A stretch of 64,000 bases of DNA from the human T2T-CHM13v2.0 reference genome, Homo sapiens. Made by a program: the position numbers and the translations under genes. The DNA lies in assembly GCF_009914755.1 (NCBI RefSeq), contig NC_060926.1; one strand, written 5' to 3'. Shown in pieces: positions 16,717 through 33,466 of this stretch (within the stretch, counting starts at the first letter, position 1; each line of letters starts with the position of its first letter). The notes under the pieces are model-generated. The model saw only the letters and a program-made list of their open reading frames with translations, had not been told where the DNA came from and ran no database searches.

Positions 16717-18742
16717 TCCAGCAAAGCTGTCTTTTACATACGAGACAAGATACATACATTCCCAGATGAATAAAACCTGAGGGAGTTCATCATCACCAGA
16801 CTTTTCCAAGAAATGCTAAAGGGAGCTGAAAGGATACTAATGAGTCACACAAAAACCCTGAAAATATAAAACCCACTGGTAAAAGTAAGTAAACAATCAA
16901 ATTCAGAATACTCTAATAATGTAATAATACTGTGTGAATCACTTGTATCTTTAGTATAACGGTTGAAAGACAAAACTATTAAAATAATAATAGCTAAAAT
17001 AATTTTTAAGGGGTAAAATAAAAATATGTAAATTGTGACATCAAAAACATAAAATGGGGGGTGGAATGAAAGCATAGATTTATTTTATGCAATCAAAGTT
17101 TTTGTCTGCTTAAAATGGCCTGTAATAACTGTAAACTGTTTTATGTAAGAATTTTGGTAAGCAAAATGCAAAACCTATAGTAGATACTCAAAAGATTAAA
17201 AGCAAGGAACCAAAACATATCACTGGAGAAAATCACCAAATCAGTAAAGAAGACAGCTAAAAAATGAAGAAAGGAACAAAGGACCTAAAAAACAACAGCA
17301 ACAATAACAAAATGGCAGTAGTAAGTCCTTACATATTAATAATGATCCTCAATATAAATGATTACATCTTCCAGTCAAAAGATGTAAGGGGGCTGAATGG
17401 GTCAAAAAAAAAAAAAACCAAAAAAAAAAAAAAAACAAGATCTAACTATATGCTGCCTACAAGAGCCTCACTTTACTTCTAAAAACCATGTATAAAAGTG
17501 AAAGGTTGGGAAAACATATTCTATACAAACAGAAACCAAAAGATAGCGGGGATAGCTAAACTTATATCAGATACAGTAGATCTTAAGTCAAAAACTACAA
17601 AAAGAGAAAAAGAATATCATTATATGATAAAGGAATAACTTCATTATGAAGATACAAAAATTATAAATGTGCACCTAACATCAGAATACCTAAGCATATA
17701 AACCAAATATTAATAGATCTGGAGAGAAAGAGGCTGCAATACAATAATGGAAGGGGACTTCAATATCCAACTTTCAACAAAGAATACATCATCCAGACTA
17801 GAAAAATAATAAGGAAACACTGGACTTGAACTATACTCTTTAGACCAAATGGACAAAACAGACATATGCAAACCATTCCATCCAACAGCAGAACAATACA
17901 TTTTCTTCTCAAGGGAACATGGAACATTCCCCAGGATAGATCATATGCTAGGCTACAAAATAAGTCTTAACACATGTAAGAAGATTAAAATGATCAAGTA
18001 TCTTTTTTTTGAAGATGTTCTTTCTTCACTTCTCTATTCATGTATCTGCCAGATTTCCAAAATAATATCAGTCATGATAGTTTTATATCAAAAGTCAAGA
18101 AAGTATTTCACTGACATAAAATATTTAAGACTAAGCATCATGCTTGGAATATGCTCAAATTAGTATAGCATAATATAAAAATTAAGCATATGTTATTTGT
18201 GGGTTTTTTTCTCAGTAAATAAGTTGTATTTTCCAGTCAGGTGATTGAGTAATGGACCATGTCAGACAAGCACTGCCTTTAGATCTCTGAAATCTGCCAG
18301 CTAATGGCTATCTCTATAATAATGAGTTACCTATCACCTTTTTAAATCTCTTACCAGCCCTTTCCTTGCTTAGTCTTTGTTATTGTTTTATTGTAAGCAC
18401 ATACACATGCACAACATATGCTCTGTTTCCTGCAATTTTATATACATGTAATATTTTGAGACAGCTTTGAAAGTTGGAAAATTGTAAACCTTTCAAATAT
18501 TTTGGCTTATTGACTACATTTTCATGATGGATAATTATATCTAATTATAATTATATGTGTATATATAATTATATGTATACCATTAAGAATAGAGTATTCT
18601 GAAAACGTTTTAAATTGCTGAGTCTTTCCAGGGAATAGTATATGAAAAAAATTAGAATGAAAAGTAAAGGCAAGAAAAGTTATAAATGGTAAAATAAAAA
18701 GCAGTAGTTTATACTTTTTAAATAAGTTTACATTAAAAAAAA

Positions 18743-18860
18743 TTGAGTTGAAGTCTCACTCTGCTGCCTAGGCTGGTCTAGAATTCCTGGGCTCAAGCAA
18801 TCCTCCCACCTCATCTTCCTGAGTAGCTGGGATTACAGGCATGTGCCATGGTGCCCAGCT
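18743..18860 (-). mobile_element. FLAM / Alu monomer
   Basis: Single monomer 'GGCTCAAGCAATCCTCCCACCTCA...GGTGCCCAGC'; flanking repeat agtttacatt. Confidence 0.85.
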
Positions 18861-19849
18861 TGAGTTTACATTTTGAAAATACTTCTTTTTTCAGATTCAA
18901 CAAAATCTGCCTATTGACTTGTTTAATCCTATCAAATTAATTTTCTTCTCTATATTTACATTTAAAATGCATTCTTATGTGATTATATATTTGCAGCATA
19001 ATCCTATTCTTTCTAAAGGGATTTTTTAAAAAACAAGGAAGTCATCAGAACTAGAGTAAAATGTTCATTATAGGCATTTTGTGAGTTTTCATTTCTGAAC
19101 GATATTTATTTTTTCTACTTGGCATGTAAGCAATTTTTTTAAAAACAGCATTTCAGAGGAACAGATTAGATAGTGATCCAATGAATGAATACTTTATAAA
19201 TCTTGTTTTTGTACATTTTATTAGTTCCTTATAAACATATTAGTGCTTGAATGAATGTAAACATATTAGGACCTGATAAAGTAACTATGTGAAAATTAGC
19301 CCCATAGCCACATTCCCCTTTCATCTTCCACAGAGCATCATACTAACAGGTTCTAAAAATTTTAAAAATGAAACAGATGAACTCATTATAATATATTTAA
19401 GCTTAAGATGTCTTTTGAAAATCACTCAAAATTTGGTAAGAAATCATATGTTTCTAAGATAAAGAGAACAAGTTGGAAGCTTTTTATTCCATAAATATTA
19501 TTAAATGCTTATAATAAAATATGAATAAAATGTTTTAACTACTTCTAATTATTGATTTAGCCTTATTTATTACATGAGAATTTTTTTTTTTGTGTTAGTC
19601 ATGTACAGGGACTGTAGAGATAAAATCAAAGTAAAAGATAAAGTCTTTATGTATCTGCTCAATTTTGTTGTGAACCTAACCACTTAAAAGATAAAGTATA
19701 TTTTTAAAAAAGAAACTTTATCCTCAAGAGGTTTATAATCTAATTAAGAATATTCACTATACAAGATAGTTCTGTCATAAAGATATAAATCAGATGGTAT
19801 AATACTTTTGGTCCTAATTTGGCTATTTTTGGAAATTCCTTTTTAGTTA

Positions 19850-20170
19850 ATTTTACCTTTTTATTATGGAAAATTTCAAACACCCACAAAAGTGGAATGG
19901 TACAATGAGCCTCCATGTACCATACTCAGCTTCAAAAATCATTCGTTTTATATTATTTACTTTTTTGCTCTTCTCTCCTCTCTCATCTTTCCTGAGATGT
20001 TTCAATGCATGTCGTGACATCATGTCATTTCACTCATAATTACTTCAATATGTATCTTTAATAGGGAAAAACTTTATAAAGCACATAATCATAATGGCAT
20101 AATTACATGAAAAAATAGATAGTAATTTCTTGATATTATCTAATACCTAGGCCTCATTCAAATTCCTTCA
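19850..20170 (-). mobile_element. Old L1 (L1MD/ME) 3' end fragment
   Basis: 'ttattatggaaaatttcaaacac...caaaagtggaatggtacaatgagcctccatgtacc' is a typical antisense L1M 3' terminus. Confidence 0.65.
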
Positions 20171-21976
20171 GCTGTATAGAATTCATTTTAGCCATACAAG
20201 CTCTGAAGGAAATATTTAAGATATAAAATTAATTTTATTCTTTTGACGCAATAAGAAGACAATTATGAGTGCTAGTTTTCTATGCCTGTCTCTTCTAAAG
20301 CAAAATAACAACTGTCATCCTGAACCGTCTCTGAATTATCTACACATTCCAAACGGAGTGGCAGTGTTTATTCTCATTTTAACTGAGAGATGTCAGCAGG
20401 TGCATGAGCTTCTAACCTTGTGATGGCAATGTGATGTCATGAAGCTTTTCAGCAAAAGAATACAATTATTGTCACGAGCATCAATGCACTACTGGTAATT
20501 GCAATCATTTTTAAGGAGAAACAAGAGGAAGGAGAAATCTTACCGAATGAAAAAAATTAACAGCTCTAGACCATTTTTACATAAATTGCATAAAATTATG
20601 CTTGCTTATCTAACTTACCTACAGATTTAATCAAACCACAAATTATGTTTTAGACTTTGAATATTTGTTACATTATAAAACATTTTCTCAATATACTTGT
20701 AAAATTATAGTGCATATATTTTAATTTTAGTTACTCTTACAATAAGAAATGTATAACATGGCTAAAAATGTACAAAACCTTAAGAAATTTTTTACTGGCT
20801 GTTTTTCCCTAAAGATATAATTTCCCAGTGGGGTAATAGTTTAAGGTTTCATAGAGACAATCTTATTCTAGTTAAAAATATATAAATACATGTTATTATT
20901 TCATAGAACAAAAATTGCCTCATTTTCAACAAAGGTACACTTAATAAATTATTCTACATTACTTTTAATGATTGACAATCAATATTTTAAACACGGCATT
21001 CTGATAATATGCTTTTAATTTATATAGGTATTTTCTTGCATGTTTATGCTATTAGGCCATTAATTTTGCATACATAAAAATTTTGAGAGATTCAAAGATA
21101 AAAATGCAACCTGTTCCCTACCCCACCCAGCCTGGATATGGATACATATGGCTCATATATTGTTTATATATTATAAATATTGAATGCATTCACTCAGGAA
21201 ATGCAAATGTTTAAAACTATATCAAGTCCATTCTGATTATCCTCTTATTTCCAATTTTTCTTTTATTAAGAAGCCTCCATAGAAGAAAAGGAATGCTTAA
21301 TAGGTTTGTGGATCTCAGCAAAATTCTAGGGCATAATAAAGTATTTGGGATATAGAGGATTATAAAAAATGTGGAATATTTCTTATTTGGGAAAAGATAA
21401 AGCTAGAAACTATGTTTAGAAAGTTTGTAACTCCTTGAACTAACAAAAGTCACAATGAGTCATTTTTTTCCTTCATAGGAAGGAAATCCACATGCATTTC
21501 AAGCAATTCTAACTTGATGAAGAGAATCCATTCAGATATAAAGTAATATCAATGGAACAAGTTTTAGCAAACCTCCAAAATATAATTTTATAATTTTAAT
21601 ATAGGGACATGGAAATAAAAGTTCAAAATGCATTGAAGAAGAAAAATGAATAATGAAAGATTCTCTAAATTTATATTCTCAGATCCCTTTCTTACATATA
21701 GCTATTTTTGACAATCTCTGTTTTTAGTTTTTCTGGTGATATAAGTTGTATGTTTTCGTATTTCTTAATATGTCACCTCTAAGAAAAATCCATTGTTTCT
21801 CCACAATGTGAGTTAAGAATTACTTTTCTTTCCTTGTTCCACTTCCTACTCCTTAAGAGTTTATTTTCTTTTTATAAATTTAGTTAGTAAAAGTTCAGCT
21901 TTATTTCAGTCTCCAACTATTTTAAACTACTATCTTTCAACTACACACAATGAATGACGAAGTTAGCAACCATTAA

Positions 21977-22272
<296 letters not shown>

Positions 22273-22502
22273 AGCAACCATTAGCTTTTGTCCAGTTTCC
22301 TCCATCTTCCCAAATTCTATCTGATATGCTAGTACTTTAATAATTTCAGTTATTAAAATGTATATTAGTTAGAATTACCTTTAATTTTTTACTATAGATT
22401 CATTCTGAAAGTTGATTTCAATGAATAGACTTTATAATATTATGATTATTTAACTACTATTGACTACATATTCTGGTTGGATTTGTGCATAAAAATATAA
22501 TT

Positions 22503-22680
22503 TCTTACATTTAAAATAACTAAGAGTATATTGGAATGTTTACATCACCAAGAAATAGTAAATGCTTGAGTGGATAGATATTCTATTTACCTTGATATAA
22601 TCACTCATTGTATGCCTGTACCAAAATATCTCTTGTACCCCATAAATGTATACACCTACTATGTACCCACAAAAGTTAAT
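22503..22680 (+). mobile_element. L1MA 3' terminal fragment
   Basis: 'CATTGTATGCCTGTACCAAAATATCTC..TACCCCATAAATGTATACACCTACTATGTACCCACAAAA' matches an L1MA 3' end. Confidence 0.8.
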
Positions 22681-23547
22681 ATGCATATAATTCTTTACCT
22701 CTAGCAAAATTTTGCTCCCTGAAGTGGTATATGCACACATGAAGAGCAATAGGATTCTACTCTTAAATGTAATGTCTTTTTTAGAATCAAGTCATATTTT
22801 TGTTTGTTTTATTTCAACAAAGACTTCTTAATGTTCTATTTTTACAAGAATTTCAAACTGCCTTTATTTTTATTATTTTTATCAAAAAATGCCTTTTGTT
22901 GTATAACTAATGTACTCCAGCTCTGTTATCACATTATGTCTTGAATGTTCCGGTATGTAATGATATTGTGCTAGGTCCCTTGGCCACCTATTATTCTGAA
23001 ATTTCTTTTTGTTGTATTCCTATCTGATGTGCAATGTTTCTTGAATTGCAGTTTATGCTCAGCCAATTATTCTGTCTTGAAACTGTCTTTCATTTTGCTC
23101 TAGCGAAAGTGTCTTCCAATCATTTAAAGGAAAATGCATGAAGGTACATTTTCTGAATTCTTACATGTCTGAAGTGTCTTTATTTTGCTTTCATATTAGA
23201 TTGGTAATACCAATGGCCAGACGATTGAATATTCAGAATCATTTTCTGCAAATAGAAGACATTTTACCATTGTCTTTCAGAATTCATAGTTGCTAATATG
23301 AACAAATGCTGACATTTTGCAGGTAGGGGAGAAGAAAGTTCATGTGTTTCTAGGCTCTTCTTTTGATTTTTGTTCTGAAATTTAACCAAAATTATGTAAA
23401 TACGTGAAATTGCTTTTGCCCTTTGTGGTGTATTTAATTCTGAAGACTCTGATCTTTAGTAGCCATAGAACAGTTCATGTTATCTCTTTAATTCTTCCCT
23501 CTCCTCTCTTAACTCCTCTTTTTCTGGAAAATACAAATATGGATATT

Positions 23548-24162
23548 GACTCTTAAGTTTGTTCAGGCTGCCATAACATATCAAAATATCATAAACTGGG
23601 TAGCTTATAAACAACTGAAACTTTTTTTTCTCACAGTTCTGGAGACTGGAAAGTCCAAGATTAGGGTGCTGGCAGATTTGATGCCTGGTGAGGGCCAATG
23701 TCATATTTATAGATGGTGCTATCTTCTCTCTGACCTCACGTGGTGGAAGAGGCAGATCTGGTGCCTGGGAAAGCCAATGTCATATTTATAGATGGTGCTA
23801 TCTTTTCTCTGTCCTCACGTGGTGGAAGGGGCAGATCTGATGCCTGGTGAGGCCAATGTCATATTTATAGATGGTGCTATTTTCTCTCTGTACTCATGTG
23901 GTGGAAGGGACAGATTTGATGCCTGGTGAGGGCCGATTTCATATTTATAGATGGTGCTATCTTTTCTCTGTCCTCACGTGGTGGAAGGGGCTAGCTAGCT
24001 CTCTGAAGTCTCTTATAAGGTCACTAATACCATTCATGAGGGCTCTGCCCTCATCTAAACACCGCCTAAAGGCCTCACTTCCTAACACCATCACGCTGGG
24101 CGTTAGGATTTCAACATAGGAATTTGGCATGGCGGGGGAACACAGACATTTCAACCATAGCA
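23548..24162 (-). mobile_element. MLT1A-like (MaLR) LTR expanded by an internal minisatellite
   Basis: 'CATAAACTGGGTAGCTTATAAACAAC...CTCACAGTTCTGGAGACTGGAAAGTCCAAGAT' and '...GGATTTCAACATAGGAATTT...AACCATAGCA'. Confidence 0.85.
23672..23989. repeat. Minisatellite, 4 x ~79-80 bp
   Basis: Unit GCAGAT(T/C)TGATGCCTGGTGAGGGCCAATGTCATATTTATAGATGGTGCTATCTTYTCTCTGTCCTCACGTGGTGGAAGGG, starting at ~23672, 23752, 23831 and 23910. Confidence 0.95.
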
Positions 24163-24465
24163 GTGACCTTCTGTATTCATCTTCTATGTCTCTATTTTGT
24201 TTTCCTTTTGTGTTTTATTTTTTTAGTTTTTCATCTGAATTGGGGAGATAGCTTCATTTTTTTACTTTCAACACTTAACATTAATTTTGGTTTTATATTC
24301 ATAATTATAGTTTTACTTTCTGTGAACTCTTAATATCTGATTGCTTCTTTTAAATGACAGATTTTTTTTTCACATATGCCATATATCTTCTGGAATCTTT
24401 CTGAGAAAGCCAATTATAATTTGTTCTTGAACTTTTGAGTTTTTGTTTCCTCCCTTATCAGTATG

Positions 24466-24839
24466 TGTATTAGTCAGCTTGGGCTGTCATAACAATATAC
24501 TATAGACTAGGTGGCTTTAATAACAGACATTAATTTTCTCATAGTTCTGGAGGCTGAAAGTCCTAAATCAGAGTCCCAGCATGGCTAGCTTCTAGTCAGA
24601 ACTCTCTTTCTGGCTTGCAGATTACTGCCTTCTTTCTGGGCTCTCACATGGCAGACAGAGAGAAAGAAGTATTTCTTCCTCTTCTTAAAAGGCCACCAAT
24701 CCTATTGGTTCAGGACCCCATCCTTATGAACTCATTTAACCTTAATTACCTCATAAAAGCCCTATCTCCAGAAACAGTCACATTGTCAGGTAGAGTTTCA
24801 ACATGTGAATTTTGGAGGAACACAATTCAGTCCATAGCA
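24466..24839 (-). mobile_element. MLT1 (MaLR) solo LTR
   Basis: TGTATTAGTCAGCTTGGGCTGTCATAAC...ACACAATTCAGTCCATAGCA; 5-bp TSD gtatg/gtata. Confidence 0.85.
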
Positions 24840-25360
24840 GTATATGGTCTTTGTTTTTCTCGTTTCTCTTGTTATTGTTTTGTTCATCTTCCTCAGTGCT
24901 TATTGTTTGCACATATTTATTAACGAAGGACTAAACATATTAATGTACATGGCTTCTTTTGGTTTTCTCTGCTATCACATTTCTACACCCTGAATGAGTG
25001 TGCTGATTGCAGGTGCCATATATGTGGAAAAACATGGAGTATGGAAAACCAGCTTCTTCTTCTGCTCCCCCTACCTGCCCATTGGAAAGGGAAAGGAGGA
25101 AAGGGAGCTTTGTGAGTAAAAAGAAGATAACATCTACCTACATTAAGCATTCTCTTGTGTGGATGTGATCTATGACTTCCTCGGGTTAGGTTAATCTATT
25201 TTTGCCATTTTATCTTCCTTCACTGCATTTCTCTTGATGTAGGTCTTTTGCTCTTGCTGATATTTCAATGATTGACTGAGGATAGAAGAAAGGAGCCAAA
25301 GGCAGTATGTGTGCCCACTCTATTATGTTGAACTAGTAATTTAAAAAAAACGAGTATGTC

Positions 25361-25644
<284 letters not shown>

Positions 25645-25794
25645 TCATAAAAATCTGTGAAGAAACAATATATGGGTGAAATATTTTAAATGAAATTACT
25701 TGTAAATTACTGTGGTGACAACTTGTAGTACATGCCTTGTAGCACATAAACAATTAGTGAAATAGTTGTTGATGTAAAAACCACCACCGCCTCC

Positions 25795-26045
25795 TAACAT
25801 TTATTGAACATGTCTCATGTGTCAAGCACTGTTTTGAGTACTTAACGTTCATTAACTTTGTTAATATGCACAAGAATCCTGTGAGTTTTATACCACTATT
25901 AACTCTATTGACTACATGTTGTAGATTAGGAAACTGAACGTAAAACAATTAACAGACTTGCCCAAGGTGAAACAGCTACTAAATGACAAGAGCCAAGATT
26001 AAATTCTGTAGTCTGGCTCCTGAGCCTGCACATTTAATTACATCA
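25795..26045 (-). mobile_element. MIR
   Basis: 'AACATTTATTGAACA...CAAGCACTGTTTT' and the core 'GGAAACTGAAC...GACTTGCCCAAGGTGAAACAGCTA'. Confidence 0.75.
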
Positions 26046-26309
26046 CATTGAAAATATTATAATCACAAAAATGAATTTTATCTGTAAAAATTGAAAAACT
26101 TACTGGTTGTTTTATAGTCACTATTATTAAAATATTTATTTTAAACAAATTCAGTAGTAATTTTCTTGAGAAGAGTTACTCAAATAAGATGTGTCAGTGT
26201 TACTTTCTATAATAAGAACATTAGGCCTAGCTCTACCCCCAGCACTACCGCCAACTAGTTCTATTAATTTGTTTACCTTCTCTTCTCTTCAGTTTTCTTT
26301 TCTGTTCCA

Positions 26310-27390
26310 TGTTCATTTCATTCCACAAGGAATATATATTGACTACTACATTACAGGCTCTATTATAAGAGCATTGGAGACATTAATGAACAGAAGAAAG
26401 AGATACTTTCTTCAGGGTTCTTATATTCCAGAGGGAGACATAGTCCAGAAGTAAATACAAGCTCAATATAGACTTTTGCTTCCAGCAATGAAAACAGCTT
26501 ATTTCTAAGCAATTCTTCCATTGAGAACTGGAAACCTAAGCAAAACATAAAATATCATTTGTTATAAAGCATGCGAGAGCTACTCAAGTGAGATTTACAG
26601 ACATCAAAATCTGGAAAGAATGGAAACACCTAAATAGATGATCTTGCCAGCTGAAGCTGCTTTTCCCCTTAGTGTTTTTAATTCCAAAGCATCTATTGAA
26701 AGGCTGGGTGGCTGAGCAGGAAGTGGAAGCTGAGAGGTTGAGAACACACCAGGATTGTCAGGAAGCGAAACTTAGAAATAAGGCCTGCCAAGAGACAAAC
26801 TCCCTGGCTTTCAGTTGAGATGCTGAAGGGCTAGGAGTTAAGAATCAACTAGTAATAGCCCAGGCCTCAGAAGGATGGAAGACCAGTTTTGAATAAGGTA
26901 GGCCTTTTAAATACTTTGTCCCATAGCCCAGATGAATGCCAGAAGCAAAAGAGGACATACTGATGATTCAAAGCAATGATAACGATTGTTGAAGACATTT
27001 TGGTAGAATAGAAGGCAAGGGAGGAAAATACCAGTCCTGCTAAGGGTTGAATGATTATGAGGTTCATACTGGGTTGGAAAAGGAGTAAAAGCAGGAGAGG
27101 ATTCATTAGCCCAGGAGAATGGGAATAGCTTTTAAACTAGAGGTCATGGTGACTGGATACAGAAAGTTGTGATCAAAAAGCTAGTTTTTCCAGCTGAACA
27201 GTTCAAAAATTGATAATGATAAACTTCAGAGTATGGCAAAGTCAATGGGTTGCTGGAGTGAAGGAGGAGGTAATTAAACAAGAAGAAACTAAGAAATTGT
27301 GTGGTTAGGTCGTTGGAGGAATTATCCAAATTGGATAGTGAAATTGCAAACGATGCTAGCAGGAGTAAAAATTGAGGGAAGTGCAAAGCG
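26310..27390. mobile_element. L2 remnants with an intervening old L1 5' fragment (~26470-26900)
   Basis: L2 3'-end motifs ('tcatttcattcca...tattgactactaca', 'ggttcttatattccagaggg'); boundaries approximate. Confidence 0.45.
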
Positions 27391-28256
27391 TCTTAGAATC
27401 AGAAGTATTTAAAACGTTATATTATTAGTATTTATTTAAGGAGATTTTAACTTCAGGCAAAACATTCAGAGGGAAAAAATAAAAACCATTTATCCCTTGT
27501 CTAAGGGTCAATTTGTTTCTCTCACCCCCTTCAATTTTTTTATTCTTTAATCCTTCATTTAAGAAAAAAATACAATTTGAGGAAAAAGGATCTTTTAATT
27601 ACTTTAAAAATCCAGCCAAGTATTGAGAGTCGACAACCTTAAATTTCATAGCTATTATTTTATTATAAGTAAATTGCTATGCTTCACAGTAATTTCTGAC
27701 CATGGAATAATGACCTAAGCTCACTGTGCAACATCTGGTATACCCTATGTTGACTAAAAATCAATTAGAATTTTTAATTATTTTTGCAACATCTGCATAA
27801 CAATCTAATTCAAAGCCAAATTAAATGGTCCTTCTGGTGATGGTGTATAATGACACATTCATAACTTAAGAAAACTGCCCTTTCCCAGAGCATAAGACTT
27901 GAAAATATTCAGCTCGCCTTTCCTGATTTAGTTGCCAGATTATATTGATATAGTTAATGGTACACACTGTTATATTTTAATAGATTGTGACACCAAATAT
28001 AAGAATCACTTTTTAAATTTTCTGAACACATCTTTTGACTCTAGCACTTAATTTTCTTATCAAACTATTTTTCATAGTTAGCCAACAGTTTTAAATAATC
28101 CTCATATAATTAACTGCTGATAATATAATGTTCATCCTTCTGGCTTATCTTGAGCTGTTGCCAGTGCTGTTTAAATCTTCTCATGAGGAGAGTCAGATGC
28201 AAACAGAAATATAATAGAGTGACCAGAAACTCCAGAGACAAAGTTGGATGCTCATT

Positions 28257-28275
28257 TCTAATCAACACAGATTCT
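28257..28275. repeat. L1 target-site duplication, left copy (TCTAATCAACACAGATTCT)
   Basis: The identical 19-mer occurs at 34374-34392. Confidence 0.96.
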
Positions 28276-28294
28276 TTTTTTTTTTTTTTTTTTT

Positions 28295-28340
28295 GACTTA
28301 TCCCTGAAATTTTATTATTAAAATTACTTGTTTGACATTG
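28295..28340 (-). other. 46-bp L1 3' transduction between two poly(A) tracts
   Basis: Non-L1 sequence between T13 (28341-28353) and T20 (28275-28294), inside the TSD; AATAAA on the minus strand (28316-28311), 16 nt before the second tail. Confidence 0.88.
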
Positions 28341-28480
28341 TTTTTTTTTTTTTATTATACTCTAAGTTTTAGGGTACATGTGCACATTGTGCAGGTTAGT
28401 TACATATGTATACATGTGCCATGCTGGTGCGCTGCACCCACTAATGTGTCATCTAGCATTAGGTATATCTCCCAATGCTA

Positions 28481-28506
28481 TCCCTCCCCCCTCCCCCGAC
28501 CCCACC
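28481..28506 (-). other. L1 3'UTR G-rich tract (G-quadruplex-capable)
   Basis: Minus strand reads GGTGGGGTCGGGGGAGGGGGGAGGG. Confidence 0.75.
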
Positions 28507-28558
28507 ACAGTCCCCAGAGTGTGATATTCCCCTTCCTGTGTCCATGTGATCTCATTGT

Positions 28559-32410
<3,852 letters not shown>

Positions 32411-32449
32411 TCATTAGTTGATGCAGTTTCTTCCTAGTCTCGATGGTCT

Positions 32450-33466
32450 TTACATTTTGGCATGATTTTGCAGCGGCTGGTACCGGTTGTTCTTTTCCAT
32501 GTTTAGCGCTTCCTTCAGGAGCTCTTTTAGGGCAGGCCTGGTGGTGACAAAATCTCTCAACATTTGCTTGTCTATAAAGTATTTTATTTCTCCTTCACTT
32601 ATGAAGCTTAGTTTGGCTGGATATGAAATTCTGGGTTGAAAATTCTTTTCTTTAAGAATGTTGAATATTGGCCCCCACTCTCTTCTGGCTTGTAGGGTTT
32701 CTGCCGAGAGATCCGCTGTTAGTCTGATGGGCTTCCCTTTGAGGGTAACCCGACCTTTCTCTCTGGCTGCCCTTAACATTTTTTCCTTCATTTCAACTTT
32801 GGTGAATCTGACAATTATGTGTCTTGGAGTTGCTCTTCTCGAGGAGTATCTTTGTGGCGTTCTCTGTATTTCCTGAATCTGAACGTTGGCCTGCCTTGCT
32901 AGATTGGGGAAGTTCTCCTGGATAATATCCTGCAGAGTGTTTTCCAACTTGGTTCCATTCTCCACATCACTTTCAGGTACACCAATCAGACATAGATTTG
33001 GTCTTTTCACATAGTCCCATAGTTCTTGGAGGCTTTGCTCATTTCTTTTTATTCTTTTTTCTCTAAACTTCCCTTCTCGCTTCATTTCATTCATTTCATC
33101 TTCCATTGCTGATACCCTTTCTTCCAGTTGATCACATCGGCTCCTGAGGCTTCTGCATTCTTCACGTAGTTCTCGAGCCTTGGTTTTCAGCTCCATCAGC
33201 TCCTTTAAGCACTTCTCTGGATTGGTTATTCTAGTTATACATTCTTCTAAATTTTTTTCAAAGTTTTCAACTTCTTTGCCTTTGGTTTGAATGTCCTCCC
33301 GTAGCTCAGAGTAATTTGATCGTCTGAAGCCTTCTTCTCTCAGCTCGTCAAAATCATTCTCCATCCAGCTTTGTTCTGTTGCTGGTGAGGAACTGCGTTC
33401 CTTTGGAGGAGGAGAGGCGCTCTGCGTTTTAGAGTTTCCAGTTTTTCTGTTCTGTTTTTTCCCCAT
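32450..33466 (-). CDS. L1 ORF1: L1 ORF1p (338 aa RNA-binding chaperone), open frame with missense changes
   Basis: MGKKQNRKTG...QNHAKM, full 338 aa; REKG, ARR and YPAKLS motifs intact. Confidence 0.95.
   Translation of the reverse strand: MGKKQNRKTGNSKTQSASPPPKERSSSPATEQSWMENDFDELREEGFRRSNYSELREDIQTKGKEVENFEKNLEECITRITNPEKCLKELMELKTKARELREECRSLRSRCDQLEERVSAMEDEMNEMKREGKFREKRIKRNEQSLQELWDYVKRPNLCLIGVPESDVENGTKLENTLQDIIQENFPNLARQANVQIQEIQRTPQRYSSRRATPRHIIVRFTKVEMKEKMLRAAREKGRVTLKGKPIRLTADLSAETLQARREWGPIFNILKEKNFQPRISYPAKLSFISEGEIKYFIDKQMLRDFVTTRPALKELLKEALNMEKNNRYQPLQNHAKM

Larger units (their letters stand above)
13712..18008 (+). mobile_element. Old L1 (L1M/L1MA-era) 5' half: 5'UTR, ORF1 remnant and ORF2 endonuclease start, with two nested LTRs
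   Basis: Begins 'CAAGATAGTGGAGTAGGA' (L1 5' start-like). ORF1-like translation 'PIRLAVHFSAETL' at 16041-16265. ORF2 start 'MAVVSPYILIMILNIN' near 17310 and EN-like 'FHPTAEQYIFFS...FPRIDHMLG' near 17850-17960. Confidence 0.85.

Noticed and set aside
23672-23989. Regularly spaced repeats that might suggest a CRISPR-like array
   Set aside because: Units are contiguous tandem copies without unique spacers, inside a mammalian LTR.
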